Positions 23,869 through 37,101 of a stretch of 64,000 bases of DNA are shown here, one piece after another. The translations under genes and the position numbers were made by a program. Positions within the stretch are counted from its first letter, which is position 1, and each line of letters begins with the position of its first letter. The stretch comes from Convolutriloba macropyga (taxonomy: Eukaryota): positions 26,288,001 through 26,352,000 of the forward strand of contig NC_134470.1 of NCBI RefSeq assembly GCF_964194025.1, read 5' to 3'. The notes under the pieces are model-generated. The model did no database searches, was not told the DNA's origin, and saw nothing but the letters and a program-made list of their open reading frames with translations.

Positions 23869-24830
23869 AAGAAAGAGAGAAAAGAGACAGAATTGAAAGA
23901 CAGGAAAGAGAAACGCAAGATAAAAGAAAAAGAAATCAAGAGAGAAAAGAAAGACAGAAAAAACACAAAAGAGCGGTAGAAAAAAGAAAAACAGAAAGGA
24001 AAGAGAAAAGAACGAGAAAATAAAGAGAAACGAAAGAGGAAAGAAAGAGAAAAGGAATGAAAACAAATAAAGGCAGGAAAAAACAGAAAAAAAACAGACA
24101 AAAGCAATAGAGAAAAGAAAGAAATGAAATACAGAAAAGAAAACGACAGAAAGCAAAAAAGAGAAAAAAGCAGAAAGAACAGAGAAAAAAAGAGAACGAG
24201 AGAGACAGAAAAGAAAAACAAAAAACGAAAAGAGGCAGAAAATACTATTAGAAAGAAATGAGAGAAAAAAAACCAAAGACAGAAAAGACAGAGAAAAGCG
24301 AGAGAAAAGAAAGACAGAAAAGTGAGCGAGCCAATAAAGAGAGAAGCTAAACAGGAACAAAAGAGAGAAAGGATGAGAAAGGATCAGAAAACATCAGAAA
24401 AGAGAAAACAAAGAGAAAAGAAAAGCAGAGAAGAAAGAGTACAGTAAGACAGAAGAGAAATAGAAAGGAAAGAGGAAAGAACGACAAGCTAAAAAGAGGA
24501 ACGAAAAAGAGAAAAACCATTAATAAACTAAAAGGAGAAAAGAAAGAATAAAAAAGAGAAAAACGCAGACAAGTACAGAAAAAGACAGAAAAAAAAGCAG
24601 AACGACAGAAAAGAGAGAGAGAAAAGCAAAAGAAAAGGAGATATAAAGAAAGGAAAAAAGAAAGAGAAAAGAAAGTGAAAGATAAAAAGCAGAAGAGACA
24701 GAGAAAAAGAAATATAACCAAAAACAAAACTAATGAAGGAGAAAATAAAAAGAAAAAAAAAGAGCAAAGGAAGAAAGAAACGGCAGAGAAAAGATATTCC
24801 TTCAAAAGTAAAAAGGAAAAATAGACCAAA
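22233..24830 (+). repeat. Aperiodic A/G-rich low-complexity tract (two blocks, ~2.2 kb total)
   Basis: Predominantly A and G with scattered C. All ORFs here are K/R/E- or F/L/S-only artefacts. Confidence 0.95.
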
Positions 24831-25098
24831 TTCTTCACATCCTCCTAACTTTTGAAAAAAAAACTGGCAACAAAAGATTCAGTTAATTAAACTTCAGTTG
24901 TTCAAAACTTTTATGAGAATGAGATCAAGCAAAACTGAAAACAAAAGAAGCAAAAGATTGTTTAAAAACTGGTCACGCAAACATTCAGCGTAAAAAGTTC
25001 CGATTAAAAACATCCGCGGTTATCCAGTCATTGACCTTTATTGCATAAATTACTTTTCGGTCTTCTGACTTTTTGACAATGACAGGTTTTCGTTCCTG

Positions 25099-26772
25099 GG
25101 CAGCTTTTCCAAAAATCAACCATTTTTACATTCAGTATTCAGTCACTGACCTTTACGGCATAGATAACTTTTCGGTCATTTGCTTTTTGGCAAGGTCAAG
25201 TTTTCAGTCATTGACCTTTTTCAAAATACATGCGAATCAAAACGCTTTGATGTATAGTTAAGAGGCCTTAAAACATGTGAAGATTAGGAGCTTAAACATG
25301 GTGGTATAGGTATTCGAATTACTTTTAATATGTAGATTGATAGAAGATAGATAGTGACAGTAGAAAGGCATGGAGCACAAAAAACTGTGAAAAAAAGAGG
25401 GAATTGGAGAAAGTGGAAACGGATGCGACGTTAATGGACAAAAATCCCTATAAATACGCGGCTCATCTGTTTCTTAGCTCAACTCATTGCACTTTTGCCT
25501 CTTAACTCACAGACCGCGGTTCGAACCCGACTGTTGCTTGTCGCTTTTTGCCGAAAAGCATGTTTAGGGGCTGTTAAAACATGTAAAGATTAGGAGCTTA
25601 AACATGGTGCCTTTTATGTCGACACTGAATTAATATATAGATATAGATGACAGCTTTTCGGTCATAGGCAGCTTTTCGAACAATGAACCATTTTTCCATT
25701 CAGTATTCAGTCATTGACCTTTACGGCATAGGTAACTCTTCGGTCATTTACTTTTTGGCAAGGTCAAGTTTTCGGTCATTGACCTTTTTCAAAATACATG
25801 CGAATCAAAACGCTTTGATGTATATTTAAGAGGCCTTGAAACATGTGAAGATTAGGAGCTTAAATATGGTGGTATAGGTATTCGAATTATTTTTAATATG
25901 TAGATTGATACAAGATAGATAGTGACAAAAAGGCATGGAGCACAAAAAATTGTGAAAAAAGGAGGGAATTGGAGAAAGTGGAAACAGATGCGACGTTAAT
26001 GGACAAAAATCCCGATAAATACGCGGCTCATCTGTTTCTTAGCTCAAGTCATTGCGCTTTTGCCTCTTAACTCACAGACCCCGGTTCGAATCCGACTGTT
26101 GCCAGTCGTTTTTTGCCGAAAAGCATGTTTAGGGGCTGTTAAAGCATGTAAAGATTAGGAGCTTAAACATTGTGCCTTTTATGTCGACACTGAATTAATA
26201 TATAGATATTGATGACAGCTTTTCGGTCATAGGCAGCTTTTCGAACAATGAACCATTTTTACATTCAGTATTTAGTCATTGACCTTTACGGCATAGGTAA
26301 CTTTTCGGTCATTTACTTTTTGGCAAGGTCAAGTTTTCGGTCATTGACCTTTTTCAAAATACATGCGAATCAAAACGCTTTGATGTATATTTAAGAGGCC
26401 TTGAAACATGTGAAGATTAGGAGCTTAAATATGGTGGTATAGGTATTCGAAGTATTTTTAATATGTAGATTGATACAAGATAGATAGTGACAGGAGAAAG
26501 GCATGGAGCACAAAAAATTGTGCAAATGAAGGGAATTGGAGAAAGTAGAAACGGATGCGACGCTAATGGACAAAAATCCCGATAAATACGCGGCTCATCT
26601 GTTTCTTAGCTCAACTCATTGCGCTTTTGTCTCTTAACTTACATACCCCGGTTCGAATCCCACTGTTGCCAGTCGCTTTTTGCCGAAAAGCATGTTTAGG
26701 GGCTGTTAAAACATGTAAAGATTAGGAGCTTAAACATGGTGCCTTTTATGTCGACACTGAATTAATATATAG
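25099..26772 (+). repeat. Three tandem ~565-bp units, each containing a tRNA-derived Pol III-like cassette
   Basis: Units start near 25099, 25666 and 26231. Each has A-box-like TAGCTCAA and B-box GGTTCGAA(C/T)CC between two copies of aaacatgt(g/a)aagattaggagcttaaacatggtg. Confidence 0.85.
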
Positions 26773-27650
26773 ATTGGTGCTTTCCTCTCCACTTGTTAGT
26801 TATTTTTGTGACTGGGCCGTCTTTACACTGTCTGGAGGGGAACAGCTTGGAGTGCAGCATCCGGCTAAGTGCTACTCATCATCCCTTATGTTCCGACCTA
26901 CATCCATCGTTGCCAGATGGTGTACACGGTCCTTTTTATTAGTGATAGAGGGATAAAAAAGAAGATTTATAATGACAAACAAACTGACTAATGCCAGACA
27001 ACTTACTCTCGAACGACAGGCGGGGCGGTTTATTTCAGAGGGGGTAGTAGCAATTGGGACCCTTATGATTTCCTAGTTTACAATCGAGTTTATTCTTGCG
27101 ACACAGACTTAATTTCTCAATAAGAGCTATTTAGGTCGAGCAAAAAATCAAGAAGTCAAGCGTGAAAAAGTCACTCTTAACTACAGTACATCAGAACTTA
27201 AACGTTCTCCAAATGATAATGACCAGAGTCAAAAATTGTCCTCCGACTAGAAAACAAATGTGCTCCGACTAGAAAACCTCTCTTTTAGTAGCAAAAATAA
27301 TTGCTAAAAACACCAGACTCCTTAATAGAAAATAAGCGTGGCGAAGAAATAAGCACATCAATTTGAGCATTGATTCCAACAGCGATTTATATTACTTTTT
27401 ATCGGAGTAATCAATCATAGATCTTACAAAATTTTTTAAATCGTATTAGAAACTAAGAACGATTCTAAGCGGTGTAAATTTGAGCATAAACAATATTTCT
27501 AGCAATTTTACGTGAACACTAAACGGCAATTAATACAAAACAAAATTAACCTTAGAGATGTTTTAGCTATAATCGAAAACGACGAAGACAAAAGTGAAGT
27601 TTGCAGATAGTCAAAATAGACTTACCGGTCGCATCAGAGGTAACAAAACC

Positions 27651-27973
27651 AACCATAACCATCTAACGTCGGAAGAATTGCTCTCAAACGACTAGTGAGG
27701 CTGCTAATCTATTGCAGCCTGCGTCAGTCGAAATGGCACTTCAAAAAATGACACTAATTTCGTCGCACTTTTCATTTCACTTTTAGTGGTGAACTAGCGC
27801 CAGAGTTCAGCTGCTGACACTTGTGAACGAGAGAAAAATTTAGATCACGCAATGGAAAAAGTCAAGGGCGCAAAAGTTACTCGAAAAGTCAGATCAGTCC
27901 AGCAAAAATTTCGCATTAGAAAGACCAACACGTTAACAATAACTGCTTCAAACTTCGTTCAAGAGCACTTAAA
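27651..27973 (-). mobile_element. Helentron/DINE-like non-autonomous element, family 2 (short, apparently complete copy)
   Basis: Subterminal inverted motif AATTGCTCTC/GAGAGCAATT at both ends. Terminal hairpin CCGAC-TAAC-GTCGG is degenerate here and intact at 17600. Same ends recur at 17594, 28328, 35173 and ~41860. Confidence 0.55.
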
Positions 27974-28596
27974 ACTCATTTTATTATCTAAATTTTTAAG
28001 CAACAAGAAAAATGTCAAACTGCATTTTTAGTGTGATTAAATGACACCAAAAATAATACGTAGCAGCCATTGTTTCATTATTGATCTTTTTCTACCTTGA
28101 AAAAGCGTATGGCATCATCGATCGACTTAAATTTGAGTGGTGACAGCCATCGGGAAATTATGATAAAAACAGTCACTCGATCAAAAACTCAAAGCTATTT
28201 GTCATAAGATATACAGTTGCAAATAAAGTTTGTTAGAGAATGACATGAAAATGTTTTAAAACTTCCTTGAGCTGTGCAGCGTTAACACTTTTTGAATAAG
28301 TTTGATAGACGAAAAAATAAAAACTAAACAATCGACTAACGTTAGGAGAATTGCTCTCAAACAACCGGCTAGCTTTAGCTTAATTGAAGGGGCGCAACGG
28401 TGGGGGGGGGGGGTCTTTGGCTGCACAGGTCCACGTCCTTGCAGCCTAAACTATAAGCAGGGGTGGGACTGTGGGTTGAAGTGAGAGGGGGCTAATATGG
28501 GAGAGGGGTGATGTCGGGAATCAAACTCTCTTCACTCTTCTGAAGAACTGCTAGAATCTAAACACTTAAACTTCTTTCAATTTTCAGTTGAGCATA

Positions 28597-29572
28597 AACA
28601 TAGCCGGTAAAAGAAAAAGGATAGAAATTGAAAGAGTTCTTCGACGTGTGAAAAGGTGTTCAATTTGGTGTGCAGTTTCAGTTAGATTCTAACTAAATTT
28701 ACACTTAATTGAGCTTCAAAAAGATGTATTTTAATCTTAGTACTAATGCAGGTAGCAACTGCCCTAATGAACTCTGATAACCTAATGCCTATGACTTAAT
28801 GAACGATTTTGCTCTTTTGACACTGACCGGTTTCACAACAATGCACAAATCAAAGACTGAAAGTAATTAAAATCCATTCAGTTGAAATTGTAAGGTAAGT
28901 CACGGGTCAAACGTGAAAATCGTGACAAACGAAAAACGTGATCAAAAGGTAAAAAAAACATTTAAAGCAATTTTCATTGACTAAGCAAACTAGACCGATA
29001 ATTGACTACAATTTCATTGGGCAAATCATTTAGAAAAAAAACGATCACAAAAACCGAAACGAACAGTAAAATCAAAGAAGAATTGTCGCATGTGAACAAA
29101 ACAGAACAACAAGCAAGAAAGCGAATTTTTTGTTCAAACACTGTTTTCTCAATCTTATCTGATATTTTCAAACACTGTTTTCTCATCTGATATTTTTCTT
29201 TAAAAAAACTGCTTAGTAAACGATACAAACATCTTTAACTGAAAAAAATGGAGTTGCAAAAAATGCCGCACGTGATTTAAAAATCGCTCGCTTTACGAAA
29301 ATTTGTTAACGCCTACTTTTTTCTCTCAAAAACTGTGAGATGACATGAAAACTACTCTTTTCTGTTTTGCATCAATTTGACCAAACACTTTTTTTACGCA
29401 TTTCACTTCCTGTTTAATACACTCAAACTAAATTACCGATCGAAGAAAACAACACTCCGCCAATACTCCTCTTCGATTCGTAGAAAGAGAGCGCCCCAAT
29501 ACAATTCAAACTCTTTGAATTTTAAAAAAGCGCCTAAATAACAGCCGATGATAGGCTGACGGCGGCTATTAA
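28597..29572 (-). mobile_element. Helentron/DINE-like non-autonomous element, family 1
   Basis: Left end AACATAGCCGG; right end GCGCCCCAATACAATTCAAA...TTTGAATT then a ...GCGGCTATTAA stem-loop. Body shared with 31.1-31.7, 34.5-35.1, 39.9-40.5 and 42.2-42.5 kb. Confidence 0.55.
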
Positions 29573-29842
29573 AAACAAATAGAGGCCACAACTGTACCGA
29601 AAACAGTCCTCAAATGACCAATTTGCTATGTACAACTTCAATTTGAGCGTTTTCTTTTGCCAATGAAAGATCTGAACAAATTTTTCAAACATAATTGATT
29701 GATCTTTACACTCGCGTTTCCGGATGTCTGAAATTTCATTTCCACTCGAAGAGAAACCAAAATTAGCATCCATTTTGACGTTGATAACTGTCTAGCAAAA
29801 ACTAAACTTCTGAAAAGTTAGTAAGACATTATTTTTCCTAAC

Positions 29843-30397
29843 AGTGAAACTGATGGGCGATATGACCATCCACTCTATTTCGGACTTGTGCACGGAGAAT
29901 CTAAACTTCTTTTCCATCTCTGGAAAGCTCCACAGAGTCACGTGACCACTGCTATCGGCTGCCGCTATCCAACTGTTGTCATGAGCCCATCCAACTGACG
30001 TCTGGTAACCTTCGGAAGCCTCGCACACTTTGAGGGATCCCACGTACCTGGCTACTTTATTAGGCTCTTTATACACTTCGAATATTGTACAGTGATTATT
30101 CATTCCCGTGGCATAAAAGACGGAACGCGCTTTCAGACCCCAGTTAGAAACAGCTCCATTCATGATTGCCTCGTTAGCATCTTCTACCAGGTCATCCGTC
30201 AGCGTTCGGTTCAGACCTTCAATTTCGCATCTGTGAGAGTCAATATGTGTGATTTCAAACGTTTCAATCGCATTCGGAATTCCTGTTTTCGCTGCACCCC
30301 CTCCACCCCCAGCTAAGAATTGTTGACCACCAAAACATGCCACTGAATAGAGTGGAAAGTCGGTAGTTAGCAACGCCTTGTGGCCTTGTTTAGACAT
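29843..30397 (-). CDS. PREB: PREB/SEC12 (Sar1 GEF, WD40 propeller), coding exon 1
   Basis: DFPLYSV...LAGGGGGAAKTGIPNAI K-loop motif of Sec12/PREB. Phase-0 donor ACT|GTTAGG at 29842. Confidence 0.9.
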
Positions 30398-30469
30398 TGC
30401 TTACTCAAGTAGGTTCATTTCTTCTGAAACTACAAATCAATATCATTGCGTAATAAATACACAACCCAA

Positions 30470-31753
30470 ATATTGCTGGCAGATTGCAAGAAACTAGCAG
30501 CGGTAATTTCGTAGACCTGCAGTCTCCAAAAATACAATTTAACAAACTGGAAATAGTTTTTTTAACTATTGATGAGATGTCCTATTTTGATTCAGAAGAA
30601 ATTGTACAATTTTTGCCTTGTTTCTATTAGCTGGCCGCAAAGAACCTTGGAGTGACATATTTAATCAGTTCACCTTACCTCCTTAAATTAAAGAAGGCTA
30701 AAGTCCTTTTGACAGTGAGAAAGGTCATTCTTGAGAGTAAGGTAAGTCACGCGTGACCAAAAACTTAATCACGCCAATGAACACAAAAAATCGCCCCACT
30801 AAGACTAAAAAATGACAACGCAAACGCGATTCAGTTGAAATTGAATGAAAGGACAAAAAGGAGAATTAAAGTGATTTATATGGTCGTAACAAGAATCTTG
30901 ACCGCTAAATAGAGAAACATATTTACAAAATAGTAGCAAAGACTTCGTAGATCTGCAGTAGCAAAAAGGTGGCAAAAACAGACCCAAAAAAATTCTTTTC
31001 ATTAAATGCTAGATTAGTTGTTATATAATGAAAACGAATCAAAAGAACTTGCTGCTTCTATAAGCTGCTCTCAAATAACCTTCAATTAGAGTGTCACAAT
31101 GTCAATTGACCTAATCTCCTCGAATTAAACTAATGAAAGGTCAATTTGAGAGTGAGGTAAGTCACGAATAAAAAAAATGCTCCATTAAGAGTAAAAAAGA
31201 CGTCACGTACGCAATTCAGCCAAGATTGCATGAATGAATGCACAAAAAGTAGCTTTGAAGTGTTTAAGTTGTCAAATGATTGTTTCAAAAATCTTGAAGA
31301 CGAAATAGAAAAACATAGCAGGACAAGTCCTGACGTACAATTCAAAGAATTTTCTTCGACTAAACATCACACTATACCTAAAACGGACTATGAGTGAATT
31401 GAAAAAATCATTTCTAAAAAAATATAGATCAAAAATTTAAAAAAAAAACAGAAAATCGAAGTCAAAATGCCGCATCTGAACAAAAAACCAATAGCGAGAA
31501 ATGGAAATTTGGTTCAAACAAAAAAACTAGCCCTAGAATGAAGTATCAATGGATTTAAAAAACCATTTAGAAAAAAAATCCGATCCAAAAATCGAAAAAA
31601 CGGTCAAACTCAAAGTGAAATTGCAGCATGTAAAAAAACCACTGTAAACAAGACCACATCTTTAAAAAGGACAGCGCCCCAATACAATTTAAATTCTTTG
31701 AATTGTAACAAAGAAGGCCAATGATAGCCCCAGCTGTCGCTTTGCGGCCATTA
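30470..31753 (-). mobile_element. Helentron-like family 1 copy (degenerate)
   Basis: Degenerate left end (gctggcagattgcaagaaactagcagc), conserved right-end double hairpin and shared body blocks. Confidence 0.45.
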
Positions 31754-34700
31754 AACATATCATGACAAATCTTGAATTACAAACCAGGAATTGAATACAC
31801 ATAACCTGAATATCAACCAAAGCAGAGGTACAACCGTTGTGGTGATCAAAGAACATAAGCGAACATACAGGAAAACGTACAAAGGAAATTAGTTCATTCA
31901 CTCGAAAATTCATTCACTCAAATATTCATTCACTCAAAAACAAATTTAATTCCTCTCCTTTTGGAGAATCAGTAGTCTCAAAGCCATTAAATCCAATAAC
32001 CAAATCTAGACTAAATCATTCGAAATAGCCGTCTTGCGTCTTCAAAATGCATTCACCAATTTTGAAGAAAACCAATGAAGAGAAAAATATAGGATAAAAA
32101 ACAAGAATGCGAAAATCAAAATCCAATTATGTCTTTGAAATAGTGGCGTCAGCGTCATTAGAACAGGTACCAATTTTTGAAAATCCTTGAGCACTGCAAA
32201 ATAACTACAATTAGAAGCATGTATTGCCAACGATAAATCTCATTGAGACTAAGTGAAAACAAATGAACGACAAACAAGGCCAAATATTAAAACTCATTAA
32301 ACCATTGTAAAAACAAACAATATCAAAATCAACAAAATAAATAATTAAAACTGCAAGCATTAAACACAGTCAATTGCTTAATCGTAAAGCCTCATCAGAT
32401 GAGAACTGTCATTAACATGCATGAGTGACAAAAACAGAAATTAGGGCGGAACTAAAAAAAACCACTTATATTGTATTAATGCAAAGTGTCAGTGAGGAAA
32501 AGCATTAGGAAAATGAACTGGAAATTTCAAACATAAGCCTTTAAATCTCCCCTAAAAGCCGAAGATTGTTATTCGCAACAGGACAAAAACAAAAAAACTC
32601 GGTTTAAACTAAAAGAATGACTGATGCTTTTTTAGAACGCCAATAAGATACGTCATTATTGAGCAAATGGAACATGACATCGAAATGTATCACATTTCCG
32701 GGAAAACTCAATAATTATTGAAAGAAATAGGATCATTCACAAAATCATTAGCAAAGCCAAAAAGACCCATAATTGTTGAGCCCAAGCAACAAAATATCAA
32801 AAATAACTATAATTGCGGGCAAAACTCAGATATTCACTAATACTTTCTGAGAACACCTAATGTGAGAGTCATAAAAACTAATAAATATGAGCAAAACTAC
32901 TAATAAACTCCAATTATGCAGCACAAGAAAGCCATAAGACCACTAACTATTGAGCCCAAGCAACAATACATCAAAGAGATCAATAAATACGGGCAGAAGT
33001 CAAAAATTCGCCAAAATCTTATGAATACATGTCATAAAAACCAATAGCTATGAAATGAAAAACATAACTAGTTTCAATGATTCTTCTTTGTAAAGCCGGT
33101 CTTCATTGAAATCAGTGTGAAACAATTTTACGCTTAAACTACTCACTCTTTTGCTCCCTTTAGTACTTTAGCGTGACTAGAATCACTACCCACTAACAAA
33201 AAAGGTTTACAAAAGTGTGAACAGGTCATAAAAAAGAGCGTATTTGGATCGTAAGAAAAAATGACCGAGTGCAAACTCTTTCATTTCGTAGTTAGATATA
33301 CTCCTATTTCTTGATGAGAGAACAGGTGACAACATCAATACCAATAAGCATAACAGATGGTAACTAATACTTGCAAGAACAAAGTGCCAGTAGAGGGCAT
33401 CTAAACTTGGGCTCTATAGGTTTATCATGTTTATATGTTGGGTTTCGTTTTCGATAATGACTCTGTTGATTTTAGATTGTTTTTCTGAGCAACTTTTGTG
33501 AAAGAACTTTGGGCAACTTGAGAGTAAACTAAAATAAGAGAAGTCAAAACTAGCCTAGAGACTTAAAAAACGCAGTAAAAATGGTCCCCTATAGTAGCCG
33601 GTTGGGAAGATTGCGGCTATTAAAAAATTAATGGAAAAGCCAACCGATCACATAAACTAACCATTTATCGGCTTCTGCTGAGTAAACCGTCCGCGATCTC
33701 TGCACAAAATAATGCGGGTTCAAATTCTTAAGAATCACCCTACACACCATAATTTATGACTCCGAGTTTTGGTGGATCAGATACATTGGCACTAGTACGG
33801 CGTAAGGCTCGAAGAAAAGTTCTTAACTTTACCTGTTTATCGCATTTTGAGAACGAAGCCAAATGGTCAGTCGAAAAAATAGCGCAACTGAAAGCTTTGT
33901 TAAAGGGCAATTTAAAAAAACCGAAACAAGGACAAGTACAAAAAATTCTGAAAATGTACTCGGTACACTTTATCGTGCCCGAGGATTAAATTCTTAACAC
34001 TCGAACGCAAACATATCCTGCTAACAAGGGAAATTTTGCTCTCAAATGACATGAAAGGGTTAATCGTTGAATTTTATTCAGACCTATTTAGACAGGGTAT
34101 TAATTTTAGACAGGGGGTTAATTGCAGCAGGCTTTAGCGGGGCAATAACTTCAAAAAGCACTTCAAAATGATATATAAAGGCTTATTAGACACCAGTACA
34201 AAACTTAGAACAAAGAAAGCTGAAACCAGTTTTGTCGATATTTTCATTTGAGTAGTAGTTCAAATTTATTGCCCCTGAAATCACTATAAGTCTTCAAGTG
34301 GAGCTATTTGAGCTCAAATTGACAACAAACCCACTTTGGGCGCACTTTTGATGACCTTTAATCGACGCCGCTCAAACAGCAATGTAAAAACATTCCGCGA
34401 TAAATCAATGAAGATTGCTAAAATTCATTGCGCAGAAGCCTTTTCATTAGGGACGTTTATTACAAATCAGTTCCTTTGATCTTAAACTAATTCAAATTAA
34501 ACTTAGATTTTAAAGTGCAAAAGACATTTTATTGAGTGAGGTAAGACACTATGAACAAAATCTAATTACTCAAATGATTTAAAAACGTTGTCTAAAGAAA
34601 GTGAGAAATGACGTCACGCGCGTGAAAAGCCGCTAGTGAGAGGAAAAAGTAATTCAGAAAAATTGACTTTTTCAGCTTTTATGAACAAATGTGAAACGAA

Positions 34701-35172
34701 AAACAGCGTCAGACGAAACAAAAAACATAGCAGGACCAGTCCTGACGTACAATTCAAAGAATTTTTATTGTAAAAACAAAAAAATAGAACTCGAACGGAC
34801 TATGAGTGAATTGCGAAAAACATTTCTAAAAAATAAGATTCAAAAATTTTAAAAAAAAGAAAATCAACGTCAAAAAGCCGCACGTGAACAAAAAACCACT
34901 AGTGAGAAAGCGAAATTTTATTCAAACACCGTTTTCTCACTCTGCTTTAAAATTAGAGCAAAAAAATCACGCTGCAAAACTGCTCGCTTTTTCGCTCCAC
35001 TTCCTATTTCGGCGTGACCAAAATCATAACTCCAAAATGACTAATGGACAGATTTTAAAGAAGACAGCGCCCCAATACAATTCAAATTCTTTGAATTGTA
35101 AAAACGAAGAGCACCGCAATATAGCCCTGCTCAGCTTACAGCTTCGCAGCTACAATAAGACTACAATACACA

Positions 35173-36090
35173 AACATAATCGACTAACGTCAGAAGAATT
35201 GCTCTGGAACGGCTGGCGGGAGCTCTAATTGCAGCCTAATAATTCAGTGGAGGGGACTAAGAAATTCACTAGAGGCTTCAAATAAGCTCAATAAAGGTTA
35301 ATATATACAACTATTAAGATTTGAAGTGAACAAATGGCGCCAAATTCGGCGCACTTAGCAATTGACTTTTGGCACTAAATTGCCGCCAATTGAGCGGCGG
35401 GGGGGAGGGGGTTGGTTGATGACGAGGGGGGATGATAGGAGAGCGGCGGGGGGGGGGTTGGTTGATGACGGGGGGACTGATAGGGGTAAAACTTTTAAGA
35501 TTAAGAACCGCCCTTCATATCATAAAAATGTCTTTTCAAAACAGTTTTGGTGAATCGCATTGTTATAGTATAGTAGAGTAGCGCACTTATCATTTGACTT
35601 TTAGTATTAAATTGCCGCCAATTGAGTTCAGCTGCTTGAAATTGTGAATGAGCGAGAACTTTAGATCACGCAAAACGAAAAAGTCAAGGGAGCAAAAGTC
35701 ACTCGAAAAACAACGAACTGTCAAGCGAAAATTTTACATAAAAACACGTTCACAATAATTGCTTATCTTCGAGAGCAATTAAAAGTCAAATAGGCCAGAC
35801 AAAAAAATCGGTCAAGCAAAAAATCGCATGAAAAAGACAACAGGATTAATATAATTGCTACAAACTTCCTTTGAGAGCAATTAAAAGTCAAATAGGCCAG
35901 ACAAAAAAATCGGTCAAGCGAAAAATCGCATGGAAAAGACAACAGGATTAATATAATTGCTACAAACTTCCTTTGAGAGCAATTAAAAGTCAAATAGGCC
36001 AGACAAAAAAAATCGGTCAAGCGAAAAATCGCATGGAAAAGACAACAGGATTAATATAATTGCTACAAACTTCCTTTGAGAGCAGTTAAT
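35173..36090 (-). mobile_element. Helentron-like family 2 copy whose terminus is amplified as ~102-bp tandem units
   Basis: Left end aacataatcgactaacgtcagaagaattgctct; GAGAGCA recurs at 35771, 35873, 35975 and 36078. Confidence 0.55.
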
Positions 36091-37101
36091 TAAAAAGTTA
36101 TTTTAGCATGTTGCTAGTTATACCGTCACTCTCAAATTTGTTTACCAAAAAATGTATTTTCAGAACAGAAAATTGCGGCAACAGACTATTTACAAAAAGA
36201 GCTGTTATGAATTTGGTAGGCAATTGTGAAAAACTGGAATACCTAAGAAGAGTCAAAACAAGCATTGTTTCCAATCCACATCCCCATAAGTCTACTGCAA
36301 AATTGATATCCGCAGCTTTAACAAAGGACTCAATCTATGAAAAAAAATTTACGAGCAAAATTATGTCTTGCCAGTGCTTTTGAAACCTTTATTTGAGCCC
36401 TTCGAATACTGCGTTAGAAGAACAATTTACACCATAAACGCATTTCAGAAGCTTATGCTACCATGTAGCATCTCACAGCTTGCTCATTAATCGCTTCTGG
36501 GAAAAATAACTGAAAAATTCCTTCTGTGGATTCTAAAAATCATAATTACAGACAAGCTGTAAAGTTGAGCTTCAAATAGTCAAAAAAGGATAGCCATATA
36601 AGAACCTGATCTTTAACTTCTGACATCCGGATGAAAATACAAAATTGTTGAATATAGTGTAAATTTCAATAATTATGAATCAGTTTCAGAACACGAACAG
36701 TCAATTCAAAATACGGATACTGATACTCGACGTTCACGTATTAATTTCCAGACACTCTTCATTTATCCTAGACTTTATTCATTTTTTGTCAAATAAATGG
36801 TTTTATGCTGACTTTATATAACCACAATAAATGAGAAGTGTTTGTTCCGCGCTTTTTTCGAGCAAAGAATAATGAAAAGAAAGACAACTATAGTGAAGTA
36901 AAATTTGCACGGATAAGTTTATGATTTGGATCTGGTGGCATTCTGCCAAAAACAAAGTGAAAAACAAGCAATCTCAACGCCAGGCAAGCCACTATACTAT
37001 TCTTGAGATGTTCAATGAGAACAGAAAGTGGCAATCTCGACACCTGCAGACTATAAATCATCTCAATCACTAAACAAATCTGATAATAGATTTAAACACA
37101 A

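Noticed and set aside
22175-24838. Many long ORFs (up to 389 aa) rich in F/L/S or K/R/E
   Set aside because: Artefacts of the stop-poor purine/pyrimidine tract; no domain signal.
26790-26890. GC-richer structured segment as a twister or HDV-like ribozyme
   Set aside because: Only a simple hairpin (GCAGCA/TGCTAC) could be drawn; the required pseudoknots were not found by eye.
32372-32415. CTGATGAG plus a stem on the minus strand as a hammerhead ribozyme
   Set aside because: No GAAA after stem II; the core is incomplete.
25099-36090. CRISPR-like arrays in the tandem repeats
   Set aside because: Eukaryotic context; the units are repeated whole with no unique spacers and no cas genes.
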